Of a DNA stretch of 64,000 nucleotides, positions 39,734 to 53,622 are shown in pieces. Under the pieces are notes generated by a model, which ran no database searches, was not told the origin of the DNA, and worked only from the letters and a program-made list of their open reading frames with translations. The stretch comes from Octopus bimaculoides (taxonomy: Eukaryota), in contig NC_068981.1 in NCBI RefSeq assembly GCF_001194135.2, positions 20,313,284 through 20,377,283 on the forward strand, read 5' to 3'. Made by a program: the position numbers and the translations under genes. The stretch's first letter is position 1. Every line of letters starts with the position of its first letter.

Positions 39734-42229
39734 NNNNNNNNNNNNNNNNNNNNNNNNNNNNNNNNNNNNNNNNNNNNNNNNNNNNNNNNNNNNNNNNNNN
39801 NNNNNNNNNNNNNNNNNNNNNNNNNNNNNNNNNNNNNNNNNNNNNNNNNNNNNNNNNNNNNNNNNNNNNNNNNNNNNNNNNNNNNNNNNNNNNNNNNNNN
39901 NNNNNNNNNNNNNNNNNNNNNNNNNNNNNNNNNNNNNNNNNNNNNNNNNNNNNNNNNNNNNNNNNNNNNNNNNNNNNNNNNNNNNNNNNNNNNNNNNNNN
40001 NNNNNNNNNNNNNNNNNNNNNNNNNNNNNNNNNNNNNNNNNNNNNNNNNNNNNNNNNNNNNNNNNNNNNNNNNNNNNNNNNNNNNNNNNNNNNNNNNNNN
40101 NNNNNNNNNNNNNNNNNNNNNNNNNNNNNNNNNNNNNNNNNNNNNNNNNNNNNNNNNNNNNNNNNNNNNNNNNNNNNNNNNNNNNNNNNNNNNNNNNNNN
40201 NNNNNNNNNNNNNNNNNNNNNNNNNNNNNNNNNNNNNNNNNNNNTTGGATATAGGTTAGAAACTGGCTCTTTCTCTATTGGCAAGAAATCTTCAAATAAA
40301 CTGAATAATGACATACATAACATTACATTACATTACATTCGCTTACACACACATACACAACTGTGGGAAACTGGTTGAAAAATCAGTGCTATTGAACAAA
40401 AATACATGTGTGGTATATATTTCATCCACATTGCACAGTCCTTCGTTTTTGACTTTCATCATCAAAAATTCAGCGAACTAGCAATTGCTCCATTGGAAAC
40501 CTATGACCAATAAATGCTGTTGTTCATAAAATGCATGATGTTAAATAAATAAACATATGAAGTTTCATATAGTTACTTAATGTCAGCTTTCCAGATACTG
40601 TTTGCAAATTTTGGGGACCTTCTATCTCCACCAAGATATTATCAAGATAACAAGAGAGACTCTGCAGTCACTCACTCTTATAAAGATAGCAACCAAATTT
40701 CCTTTGAATCACAGCCTACTATCATCAATAAAGAAAGGATGTTATAGTAGACAATGTAGTTCTGTATATCCCTAAAAAAGTAAAAAAGCTGGAATGCCTC
40801 GGATATCAGAGTTGAGCAGGGACTACATATCAACAATGAAGAAATTGTCATTCCTTCACCTTCAAATTATTCATTACTCATTTCTAAATTATTAGACTGT
40901 TAACAGAGATACAAATGAAGTATATATAGTTATGATACTGTGGACAAGTTTACATCTGTCACGAGGCTTTTTTTTTTAACAATTCTGAATGAAAGCTAAA
41001 GTAATATCCATTATAAAGATATAAAAAAAAAAGCTGCAATTTCCTCTGTTCTTATTATGCATCATTCAAGTATTTTGAGGGATTTTCTCTGCTAAATCCC
41101 TATTGTCATTGTGGTGTAAGAACAGTAGAAAGATGGAATTTGATCAATGAAATGTCAACTAGAATTGTTCCTGTGGAATGTTTTAGAACCATCAGTAGTT
41201 ACTAGGGACCTTTGCCACCCAACACCTTTATTGTAATATCTCCTCCTCCTCTCACTCACACTGACTCTCCTTTCTCTTCTGTATTTGAATCTTATGCTTA
41301 TTTGAATCCTCCAAATTGAAACTGTTAAATACCTTTAACTTTTATCACCAACGCTCTTAATTATCTTTCAAAACCAGTTTTTCTTTTCATTTCAAGAAAA
41401 TAGCTTTTGCACCTATTGTTCTCTCGACTCCTTACTTGTATTGTAGCTTTCTATTAACCATGAGAATAATACCTCTCTCTAATTTCTTCTTCTTCCTGAA
41501 TTGTCCAATTAATCTTCGAAAACTGCCATTTTGTTATAGTTTCTGTTTTTTTCTTGAGGGTTTTTCTTCTCTTTTTTTATGACATCAAATCTCCTACACA
41601 GTTGTTAAAAGTTATCCAATAATTATTAGTTTAAATGACTTCATCCTGATGACAACACTCAACCTCATAACATTGTTAATTGACTACAGCTTATTGTCAT
41701 ACCCACACAAAGACTTCTTTTTCTTTTTTTTTCAATTATTTTTATGTTAAAGATATTCCAATTTAGTTTATTGTTTAACTTTTAAACTATTTGTATTTAC
41801 TGAATTATTTTAAAAAGAATATTTCTCAACAACTGCTTAATGACCTTATACTAAGTTTAAAATAATAGCTCAGTAGTGTGTCTAAATAATAGTCTCTGAT
41901 ATTGCCACCACAGAGGTACAGGATATTACCATCACAGTGGTATGAAATATTACCATCACAGTAAAGCAGATAATAACTCAACTGTAAAAACACAATAAAT
42001 TACTGGCATGGTTGCAAACTTTCAGAAATGTAATTATTAAAAATATCGCACTTATTTTCTTTTCACATTATTGTTGAACCAAACTCCTGGAAAAATTCAA
42101 TATTTAAATCAATATTAGTAAAATATTTTCTTCTCACTATATTAAAATATATTTATCAACAAATCACTTAATTTCCTCCCTCTTTCCAAATCCTAAACGA
42201 CTTCTATTTCTCAATATATATCTGCTGTA

Positions 42230-43020
42230 TTGTTCTCGAAAATGTTATTGTCTATTCTATTTCGTTAAACAATTTGAGATTTATGATATTCTTTTGATAG
42301 AATATGTTGCATAGTATTGTGTGAAGAGGAATATGCTTGATAGTATTGCATTTAATAGAATTATGAAAATAGTATTGTGTATAAAAAGAATGTGTTTGAT
42401 AGTATCAGGTTAGATAGGAATATGTTTGATAGTGTTGTGTAGAATACTATCTCTGAAAGTATTGTGTTTTAATTGCAGTGTGGATAATAGGAATGTGATA
42501 GTGTAGTATTTCATAGTATAGCTATGTTTGATAGCAATGTTTTTGTTGTAGTATTGATAGAATATATTTCATATTACTGTAATTGATAAAATATTTTTGT
42601 TACCATTATGTTTAAAATGCAATATCTTCGATAGTTTCATAGTATTGTGTTTAATTGAATAGTATTACTTGACATTTATTAATTGATAGTAGTGTGCTTG
42701 ATAGAATATGTGTTTGATTGTATAATAATTGACATTTTTGATAATATAAGTGTTGGATATTATAATATTGATATTGTGTTTAACATAATCAATTATTATT
42801 ATTATTAAAGACATTTAGCAAACCCAGTATTATCAAACAATACTATCAAAAATATTCTATCAAACACAATATTACCAAACATTCTGTCATGTACAGTACT
42901 ATCAAATATAATACTTTCAAACATCATAGTACAAAGATATAAAGTAAACATATTCTTATCAAATAATACTATGAAGCATTCTTTCAAACTCAGTATTGTC
43001 AATTGTGTTTGATAGCTTGA
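42230..43020. repeat. Degenerate TTTGATAG(TATTGTG) satellite with an internal inverted block
   Basis: tttgatag units to about 42790, ctatcaaa units at about 42820-42995, then tttgatag again. Confidence 0.8.
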
Positions 43021-43036
43021 TTCTATTATGTGGCAT

Positions 43037-43424
43037 AGTGGAGGTGCAATGGCCCAGTGGTTAGGGCAGCTGACTCGTGGTCATAGGATCGCAGTTTCGA
43101 TTCCCAGACCGAGTGTTGTGAGTGTTTATTGAGCGAAAACATCTAAAGCTCCATGAGGCTCTGGCAGGGGATGGTGGCGAACCCTGCTGTACTCTTTCAC
43201 CACAACTTTCTCTCACTCTTTCTTCCTGTTTCTGTTGTGCCTGTAATTCAAAGGGCCAGCCTTGTCACACTGTGTCACGCTGAATATCCCCGAGAACTAC
43301 GTTAAGGGTACATGTGTCTGTGGAGTGCTCAGCCACTTGCACGTTAATTTCATGAGCAGGCTGTTCCGTTGATCGAATCAACTGGAACCCTCGACATCGT
43401 AAGCGACGGAGTGCCAACAACAAC
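43037..43424 (+). mobile_element. tRNA-derived SINE, family A, full length with TSD
   Basis: Highly similar to the 27151 and 47757 copies. TSD attatgtggcat at 43025-43036 and 43425-43436. Confidence 0.9.
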
Positions 43425-43873
43425 ATTATGTGGCATGATATTGTTTGATAGTATTGTGTCTGATGTGGATTAGCAGTTGACTGCATGTCAGACTAAATTA
43501 CCTTTATGTTCTGATTCAAATCCCTCTGAGGTCAACTCTGCCTTTCATCCTTTCAGGATCATTAACATAAAGTACCAGTCAAGTACTGGGGTTGATCTAT
43601 TTCAGTATAACATCCCACCTTTCACATGCATTCATAGATTTGTGCCAGTGCTAGAAAAGCATAATGCTTTAACGTCCACTTTTTCCATAGGTTGGACAGA
43701 ATTTACTGTGGAAGATTTTCTACAGATAAATGTCTTTCTTGTCACCAATGCTCTATTGTTTCCAAGCAAGATACTATTTCTTCACAACCAAACATGTTCT
43801 CACAGAATATTGAGAATGAATGACACTGCTTGTATGACAGTGAGAATTATTTACAACTATTATACAACTATTA

Positions 43874-44046
43874 GGCGCAGAAGTGGCTGTGTGGTAAGTA
43901 GCTTGCATACCAACCACATGGTTCCGGGTTCATTCCCACTGCGTGGCACCTTGGGCAAGTGTCTTCTACTATAGCCTCGGGCCGACCAAAGCCTTGTGAG
44001 TGGATTTGGTAGACGGAAACTGGAAGAAGCTCATCGTATATATATG

Positions 44047-44101
<55 letters not shown>

Positions 44102-44334
44102 ATGTATGTGTGTGTATATGTTTGTGTGTCTGTGTTTGTCCCCCCAACATCGCTTGACAACCGATGTTGGTGTGTTTACGTCCCCGTAGCCTAGCAGTTC
44201 GGCAAAAGAGACTGACAGAATAAGTACTAGGCCTCCAAAGAATAAGTCCTGGGGTCGATTTTTTTGCTCGACTAAAGCCGGTGCTTCAGCATGGCCGCAG
44301 TCAAATGACTGAAACAAGTAAAAGAGTAAAAGAG
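43874..44334 (+). mobile_element. SINE head B + tail F
   Basis: Same family, with an expanded internal (TA)n. Confidence 0.9.
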
Positions 44335-46910
44335 AAGAAGAGTAATGTGAGACAAGGAGACACAAACATATACACACAATCACAAACATGCACATGTGCT
44401 TGCACATACATTACATTACACTACACACACACACACACAACAGGCTTCTTTCAGTTTTTGTCTCCTAAATTCACTCACAAAGCTTTGGTCAGCCCATAGC
44501 TGTAGAAGATACTTGCATAAGGTACCATGCAGTGAGAGTGAATCTGAAATCATGTGGTTAAGGAAGCAGAATTCTTAATCACTCAGCCATTCCTGTGCCT
44601 TAAATTATTCAAATATTTGTGAATTATATGTGTCATATCAGTCATAACAATAAAGTTATTGCAAATATAATCTTAATAATAATATCATTATAATTCTGTA
44701 TTTCAATACAGAATTAAAAGTGACAAATTCAAGGGTTTTTTTGTGGGTTAGGCGTGCACTTTATTTTCTATGATAATAGAGTTACTTTTTGCTTTTACCG
44801 TATTTGTACATGTTTCTGTATGTTTTCCATTTCTCATACTATTATGAGTGTGTTCTTTAAAACTCGAAACTGATGATTAGGATTAAATCCTCACAAGTTT
44901 TCATTGCAGACATAATAGACTCTCTCTGTCTCACCAAGAAAGGAACCCTAAAAGTAAGATAACTTGGTTAATCTAAGGACACTATCTTTCTTTGAATTTT
45001 AAATCTTCTTATTGGATTTTTTTTTTGTCTAATTTGTCACAGAAACACATATTTCTGCCATCATGTAGGTCAAGTTCTATTTTCTGTCTTTATTTTATTT
45101 CTAATGTATATCTTTGCGTGGGAACTACATTCTGGTTTAAAATGGTAATATTTGTTTAAACATCTGATAGATGATTACATTCTAGAATATTTTAGACTTC
45201 CAATGAATAAATAAACACAGCTCAATCAGAAGTGATATATTTATATTCTTATTTTCTAATTAGAAATGGTCGATTCTATTCCGAGTGTCCCTTCACACAC
45301 TATAGACTTTTCTTGTTCTCTCAATAAAAACAAAAATACACTCACTAAGATTTGCTCCAAGAAGTTGTAATGTCCTTTCTTCATTCTCTCGATGTTTATG
45401 CTATTATAATTCTTCTTCATATTCCTGGTTATACTTGCAATATTTATATATTTTGTAAATTTATTCAAACTTTACATTAAAAAACAGAAACATTTTAAAA
45501 TAAACAATTTTGTGTGATTTATTAATGGTATAAATTAAATATTTAAGTCTGCTGCAAAAAAACAGAAACCAAAAAATTCCCTTTGGATGACTCAGAAAGT
45601 AATTTTGTCATGACTTAATATCACATGACAGCTAATGGCTCTCTGACTTTTCTCACTGCTTCAGATTTTAAAAAATACAAAAATTTATAGCTTAGTCAGA
45701 AGATGAAGAGCAGTGCTCATAGCTCTTTGTCAGGGTTTCTGAGGAGGAGGAAAAGAAGTTAACTTATGACTAAATGCTGGTGAATGAATGGACCCTAGTA
45801 AAGGCCCCCAAGGGCCAGTGATAATATTATCCCAAGCAACAGGTTACATTTACATTCCAAGAACAGAAATGATTCCTATGACAAGCTTATGCATTCTTTC
45901 TTCAACCAAATTTCATTCCCAAGCTTTTAGTGAATCTGGGAATTTGAAAAAAAAAACACTTTGCTCAAGGTGCAACACAGCAGTTTTGAACTTCAAATAA
46001 AGTAGTTATAAAGCAAGCCTCTTACCACTCAACTACACCTGCATCATTTATCCAACCCTGTTTCCATATTGCCTATCTTCTTACCCTGTAAAATTGCATA
46101 ATATCACTTCACTAAGAAATTTCAAACACATTCAATCCAAACTAATTGTCCTTCCTTCTTCCTGTGTCACACACAATCAAAAGTCCTTCCTTGATCCAAC
46201 TCCTTTGGTGTGGATTACCAGATTGCACTGAGGAATTGTTTCTTCGTTAATGAGCCTATAATAATATTAATTTCTTCTATCACTCAATCTTGCTCTTTGA
46301 TTTCTCCGAAGAATTTTGATTTAATGTTTATTACATGTATCTTTCTAGAATATTCTCTATGTTGCAATGAAATTCTAAAGAATTTCACTATAATCTATAT
46401 AATTAGCTTTTTCAGCCATATTTAATGTTTCTTTATGCTTAGAATTCTATTAAAGATTTTAAAAATAACAATGTTAAGTTCTCAACTCCTATGAGACTAC
46501 TATGCCAATGCTGATTTGAAATTTTTTAATAAAAAAAAAAATTCCACTTTTCTATAAATTAGAACATATTTTCATGCTTAACGCCAATTTTTAGCAATAA
46601 AACCATTTTCTACATTCAGTTCCAATAATGAATTCACTATCTCTTACATCCAACCTTACATTTTACATTAAGATGCTTTATATCATTGAAAATGATAAAT
46701 ATGTAATGCTTTAGAGGTGTCTAGCCTAGAAAAAAAATGAAACAAATTCCTAAACATATATTTCAAATAGGAAATAAGATCAAAACATGTTGAAGTTTAA
46801 CCATGTTGTGTGCAATATTAGATAGATACATCCCTAATACTTTCATTCTGCTGACGAAGTAAATATAAATTCAAAAGTAATATAAAATGGCAGTGGTTTT
46901 GTTGTTACTG

Positions 46911-46942
<32 letters not shown>

Positions 46943-47193
46943 GGTGGTAGTGGTAATGGTGGCAGCGGCACTGCTGCTGGCGCTGGTGCAGGTGGTATGA
47001 GTAATCCTAGTTAGTGAGTTAGTTGGACAGTATGTTGTTGTGTCAGTGTGGTATGAATGTGTTGTTAGTGAGTTTTTGATGCAATGTCTGTGTTATAATA
47101 GCATGTTGTTGATATGTGTCAGTGTGGTAATAGTATATTGTTAATGTGCTGGTGTAATAATCCTATACTGTTAATGTGACTCAGTGAGGTATC

Positions 47194-47265
47194 ATCAGTG
47201 TGTCGCATATGTGTATCAGAGTGTCGCATATGTGTATCAGTGTGTTGCATATGTGTATCAGTGTG
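47194..47265. repeat. 21-bp tandem repeat, about 3.4 copies
   Basis: Unit atcagtgtgtcgcatatgtgt. Confidence 0.9.
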
Positions 47266-47756
47266 ATATCAATGCATTAGCAAATGTGTATCAAAGTGTT
47301 TTTAGTATATGGTTAGTGTGTCTTGTATGTGTTATTTCAGTTTGTTGGTAGAGTTTTATCATTGTGTGGTAAATGTGTGTCACAGTATGTTACTTCATTA
47401 TCCCTATTGTTGTTAGTGTGTTCTCAAGATAATGTTGGCGTCTAAGTGAAAGTGATGAAGTATGTTGTGCCAGTGAGCTGTTACAGCATTATTGTCAGCT
47501 CCTCCCCTCCAAAGTTAAATTTTGCAAGGCAGTGCAAGACTACTTTTGCACCTTTCCATTTCCCCCACTTATCCCTTTCTTGAAATTCAAGAAGACCACA
47601 ACAGTGAGGGTAGATTGTTTTGGGGGGAGGGGGACTTGTCAGATATTCATAGAGTTGGGGAGTCATTACCTTGCCTTATAGAGCCCTGGACTGATATACA
47701 GGCTGAACCTCACTTTTTTTAGAGTTGTATTATTGTTGTTATGTAGCTTCAGGTCA

Positions 47757-48140
47757 GTGGAGGCGCAATGGCCCAGTGGTTAGGGCAGCGGACTCGCGGT
47801 CATAGGATCGCAGTTTCGATTCCCAGACCAGGCGTTGTGAGTGTTTATTGAGCGAAAATATCTAAAGCTCCACGAGGCTCTGGCAGGGGATGGTGGCGAA
47901 CCCTGCTGTACTCTTTCACCACAACTTTCTCTCGCTCTTACTTCCTGTTTCCGTTGTGCCTGTAATTCAAAGGGTCAGCCTTGTCACACTGTGTCACGCT
48001 GAATATCCCTGAGAACTACGTTAAGGGTACACGTGTCTGTGGAGTGCTCAGCCACTTGCACGTTAATTTCACGAGCAGGCTCTTCCGTTGATCGGATCAA
48101 CTGGAACCCTCGACGTCGTAAGCGACGGGGTGCCAACAAC
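47757..48140 (+). mobile_element. tRNA-derived SINE, family A, full length with TSD
   Basis: Same family. TSD agct(t/c)caggtca at 47745-47756 and 48141-48152. Confidence 0.9.
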
Positions 48141-49119
48141 AGCTCCAGGTCAATTCTTATTGAGCAGACTTATGATCAAAACCATTCCAGTCATGACCAT
48201 CACATCTTATTTTTGATGTTTAATGTATCCTGACAGCATTATCCAGGACACACATCTCCTCATTTTTTAAATTATACAACATGATTTCTGAGGGAAATTT
48301 GTCTTCTAACTTTAGCAATTCAAGCAACTGTTACTGTTTTGCATGTGTTGTTTGTTACCAGTTGTTAAATCTATTGTAGCTGATGATGAGAAAGATAATT
48401 CGTAACAATGATCTTTTCTAAGAACACAATTTTGACCATATAAACATCACCTTACAATACTTTATAGCAAACTTTTTCTGGATGTTGATGTTATTTAGCT
48501 CCAAGTCTTATTGGCTTGTATTTGGTGATGACAGCACAAAGTGTGTCATCATAATTATCATCATCACCATTCAATACCATCATTATCATAAGTATCACAA
48601 CTATCATCAGTATTATCACCACCACTACTATCATCAGCATCAACACCCACATATCATAAAGCTGAGAGTGGCAACAAAAAGGAACTCACCTCCAACACTA
48701 CTTCTCTGTAACTAATATAATGATATATAGGTGTCAGAAATATTGACAGCTAACTGTTAACTAACTCCAAGTCTGAGACATTTCAAAAAACATCTCGACA
48801 CTAGCCTTGTCACTTATCCTTCCCCTCGCTATTCTACAATCATGTTTGTTAGCTCCAGGTATCCCTAGCATTCTAGCTGTGAATATCCTGTATTTCTTGG
48901 CGGGGTGGTGGCAACATATCTAGGACTACCCTGTCCTTTGTGCCTTTCCTCTTTTTAAGATGGTAGTGTGTGGTTTGAGATTTTACTTTTATTTCTAACA
49001 TGCCCTGCAACTAGAGAGATGTTCCTCCCTGTGGTCACCAACAAGTAAGTAAAAGTTTCTAGACAGCATTTGAAACTACATTTATGTGTTTGCCAAACAT
49101 CTCTTCCCTGCAGGTCCAT

Positions 49120-49600
49120 CATCATCATCATCATCATTGTTTAACATCTACTTTTCATGCTGGCATGGGTTGGACGGTTTGACTGAAGACTGGTGAACCA
49201 GAGGCTGCACCAGGCTCAATCTGTTCTCGCAAAGTTTCCACAACTGGATGCCCTTCCTAACACCAACCACTCCGAGAGTGTAGTGCGTGCTTTTTACGTG
49301 TCACCAGCACGAGGGCCAGTTAGGCGGTTCTGGCAATGACCACGCTCATGCTCAAAAGGTGTTTTTATGTGCTACCTGCACAGGAGCCAGTCCAGCAGCA
49401 CTGGCAACGACCATGCTCGAATGTTGTTTTTCATGTGCCACCAGCACAAGAATTCAAGGCAATGCTGGCTACGATCATGCTCAAATGGTGCTTTTCACAT
49501 GTCACCAGCATGGGAGCCAATCTGTGGCCCTAGCAACGGTCACACTCAGATGTGCCTTTAACATTCCACTGGCATGAGTGCCAATCAGGTGGTACTGTCA
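49120..49600 (-). mobile_element. Family D element with about five tandem 62-70 bp internal units
   Basis: Repeating tttt(a/c)..gtgccacc.gcac...ggcaacg...gctcaaatggtg units at 49290-49600. Confidence 0.8.
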
Positions 49601-50804
49601 TTGGCCATATTTTGGTTTGTTTACACTTGCCTCAATACGTCTTCACAAGCAAAGTTCATTGTCCAATGAATGAGGGGTACTCATAAGTGGCCCAGTTACA
49701 CCATACCATATTAATAAGTGAAATAATGTATCCGTCTTTTTACTATGAAACTCAAGTAGATATTTTAACTTACCTATTCAGTGTTATAAATTATTAGTTC
49801 ATAGAGCTGTTAAAATAAATATTACATATATTTGCTCTTTATCTCTAGATTCAGAGAGAAAGACAGGTTTCATAAAAACATTTACATGACTTTCAACATA
49901 TTTTTATCATCACCAATTTATCAGTTAAGTAATTAGAAACACACAAGCAACCTAACCATGCTGAAACCTCAAGAAATATTCCACCAGATAAACAAATGTC
50001 TTAATATGATTGTTGGCTATAATAATTGTGTATGTGTGTGTGATTATGTCAGCATAAGTGAATATTCTGAAATACTTGTATACACACGTACTTGTATAAG
50101 TGTATGACGATGTGAGTGTGATGTACAAGTTTACCTAGTGCTTATATGTTCATATGTTTCTATTTCCTTTACAAATTCATTTTTATGACTAAGAGGGGCA
50201 GAGATAGTGGTGCCATGGGCGTGTATGTGTGTGTGTGTGTGTGTGCTGTACACACCATTAGTGTATGAATTTGAGTGTAACATGAATTATTAATTCATGC
50301 TTTAAAGAAGCATCACTGAATACTCTACCATTATAATAGATGTAATAAATATTTTATCATTGCTATTACATTAGATATGAAATTTGGTAGTGGTAAACGG
50401 TGATGTATAAAATTAACCTGTTAATAAGAGGTGGTGATGAGAATAATTATCTTTCCTAATTGATTTGCTATGTTAATCTGTATATGATGGATTAAATTGT
50501 AGTTTAATAAAATATATTTTAAGAGAGATCTCTAATGTTGGTCTTGTTTCTTAATGTTCATATGACTTAACAGAGATGCTGTGTGTGTTTATATGTATGA
50601 AGAACTGGCTTTTTGTGTTGTGTGTGTGTGTGTCTGTGAGTATGTACATTTGTGAGAGAATGGTATGTGAATGTAAGTGCAAGGGATTGGTGAATGTGTG
50701 TGAACGAGTGTGTGTGTGGATAAGAACTGTGCCTGTATGTGTGTTTTGTAGTCTGTGTGTGCATGCATCTATGAGAAATGTGTGAATATTTATGTATCCA
50801 TGAG

Positions 50805-50847
<43 letters not shown>

Positions 50848-51060
50848 NNNNNNNNNNNNNNNNNNNNNNNNNNNNNNNNNNNNNNNNNNNNNNNNNNNNN
50901 NNNNNNNNNNNNNNNNNNNNNNNNNNNNNNNNNNNNNNNNNNNNNNNNNNNNNNNNNNNNNNNNNNNNNNNNNNNNNNNNNNNNNNNNNNNNNNNNNNNN
51001 NNNNNNNNNNNNNNNNNNNNNNNNNNNNNNNNNNNNNNNNNNNNNNNNNNNNNNNNNNNN

Positions 51061-51129
<69 letters not shown>

Positions 51130-51149
51130 TTTTTTTTCTTAAATTCTCA

Positions 51150-51440
51150 ATCTCATAGCTCTGCTTCTCATAATTCTAACAATTACAGCTCTAACTATTA
51201 TATTTCTCACTATCATTGTTTTGTAATTATAACTATTATGGCTTTGATTCATCACAGCCCTGACTATTATAACTTTATTATAATTTTCACTACAATAGTT
51301 TCCACTATCATAATTCTGATTGTTGTAACTCTGACACTCATAGTTCTTAAATATCAAAGCTCTGATTATCATAATTCTGAAGTTATAACTATGATAGTTC
51401 AGACAATCATAGTTCTGATTATGATAGCTCTGATTATTGT
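51150..51440. repeat. Degenerate ~15-bp minisatellite (atcatagctctgact)
   Basis: The same unit recurs at about 54040-54185. Confidence 0.7.
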
Positions 51441-52407
51441 ATCAAATCCTGTCATCTGTTCCCCATATCCGAGCAAATGGTATTTGGACTGTATCATACA
51501 TGAGAGGTTAACTGTAAATATGTCATCACTTGTATTACACTGCCTATATAGCCAACACACTCCACTATGGCATGCTTCCCCTAACTGGAAATAGATAACT
51601 GTTCAACCCAGTACTGTAAGTAATAGGCTCACTGTATAATTAGCAAATCCTTTATTATCTAAATAGTGCTGGTTTTAATTTCTTCTCTCTGTGTAGAGCA
51701 AGCATCATGAAGCCCCTGTAGAGCATTCTCCCTAAGGGAATCATTGTTTTGCAATCACGTACTTTGGAACTGAATTTCACTACACAGCACTTTAGACAAG
51801 TGTCTTCTACAATAGCCTTGAAGTAACATCTCAGCTTTGTGAGTGAGAAAGGTAGTGGAGAGACTGCACTTACGCTTGAGTCTGGGGTTTTTGTAGTAGA
51901 GTCCACTCTGTTGCAAGAATTCAAACCAGGGCTCTGGTTACTTCCACCAAGCTTGGTAGTGTTAGAAACTAGATCTAGGATGCTACCCTTCTTACTCTAA
52001 CTAAATCATTACAAAGAATTGGAAAACATTCAGTTTGATCATATTTTCTCATCCATTTTTCTAAAACATGGATCAATTTCTGACCTCATATAATAGAATA
52101 GATATTGTCAGTTTACAATTTCTATCAACTTTGATAACATGTTTGATAAAAAAGAAAAAGGTATTGGAGAAAAGATTTTGTTGTGAGTTTCAGTGATTTC
52201 ACAGCATATTGTTCCATTGAAAAATGGCTCTGTCAAAATGGAAGACAAGAATTGTCTTTTACAAAGATTTAAAAAAAAAATTAGTCTTTAATGCTAAACA
52301 ACAAATTTAACATGTTTTGTGTATGTGAAAGAGAGAAAAAGAGAGAAAAGGGGTGGAATGTGTTTATGTGTAATGCAAGAGAAGGAATGTTTGTGTGTGT
52401 ATGTGTA

Positions 52408-52453
<46 letters not shown>

Positions 52454-52982
52454 GTGTGTGTGAGAGAATTTGGGTGTATGTTTTTGTGTAAGAGAAGTAG
52501 GGTAGAAAGAGTTTGCATTTGTGTGCATGTCAGGAAGATATAGAGTTTGTATGTATATATGTGTTCAACAGTATATATGTATGAGAGATATATAAACAGT
52601 ATAAAATAAACAACAATACTTGTACTGTATTTTATTAATGTTGTATTAATTTCTAAAGAAATAAACTCCACTTATTCACTACAATTTTAGATATTAAATT
52701 CACTTAAAATTTTCGTGGATTTAATCATTTATTCTACCTAACTTTAGTAGTTTCTTCAGTACACCAAATGTGTTTAGTAATCAGCATTTATCATTGTCTT
52801 TGTTTTAACGTCCACTTTCCTGTGCTTGTATCAGTCAGACAGAATTCATTGAGGTAGATTTTCAATGGCTGGATGCCTGCCCTATTTCCAACCCTCACAT
52901 ATTTTCAAATAAGATAATATTTCCCTTGGCCAGTCATGTTTTCACAGATGTCAAGACAAGGAAACAAAAAAACAGAGAGAAA

Positions 52983-53020
<38 letters not shown>

Positions 53021-53472
53021 AGAGGCATCTTTCAGTTTTCATCTACTAAATCTACTCACAAGGCTTTAATTGGCTCAGGGCCATAGAAGAAGATACTAAC
53101 ACAAGGTGTTATGCTATGGAACTAAACTTGAAACCATGTGGTTTGGTAAGCAAACTTCTTAACCACACAGCCATACCTGCACCTTTTCAGTATACCAAAT
53201 CCTGTATTTAATGTTTACAATAATAAAACACTGTGTTTACTTTCCAGTATGCCCACTATTGTGTTAGCACTTAATACACAAAATATAGTATTTAGTGTTT
53301 TACATTTAGTATATCAAATGTTGTGCTTACTGTGTAAAATAATAGAATTGCATGTGTGAGGGAATGTGAGTGTTTATGTGTTATTTGTGAGAGTATGTGA
53401 GTTTGTGTGTGTATGTATGTCATCATCATCATCATCATCATCTATCCCTAGCTTCCACGTTTCCCACCAGAC

Positions 53473-53622
53473 AAGGTCAGCAAAAGTCAGAAACAGAGGT
53501 TTATTTTTGACCAAGTATTTCTCCTGCAGTTGCCTCACCGAGAAGATAGCATCGGTGGTGCTTCTCCCTGACACAAATCCAAACTGCATCTCATCTATGC
53601 TAGTTTCTTCCTAATTAACTAA
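53473..53622 (-). mobile_element. RTE LINE reverse-transcriptase fragment next to an N-gap
   Basis: IDEMQFGFVSGRSTTDAIFSVRQLQEKYLVKNKPLFLTFADL is the classic QxGF..RSTxDAIF..RQLxEK non-LTR RT motif. Confidence 0.9.

Noticed and set aside
38176-40378. Long ORFs of 80-290 aa in the ORF track (also 50755-51594 and 53611-54025)
   Set aside because: Their length comes from N-gaps translated as X. Only the LINE-derived parts are real.
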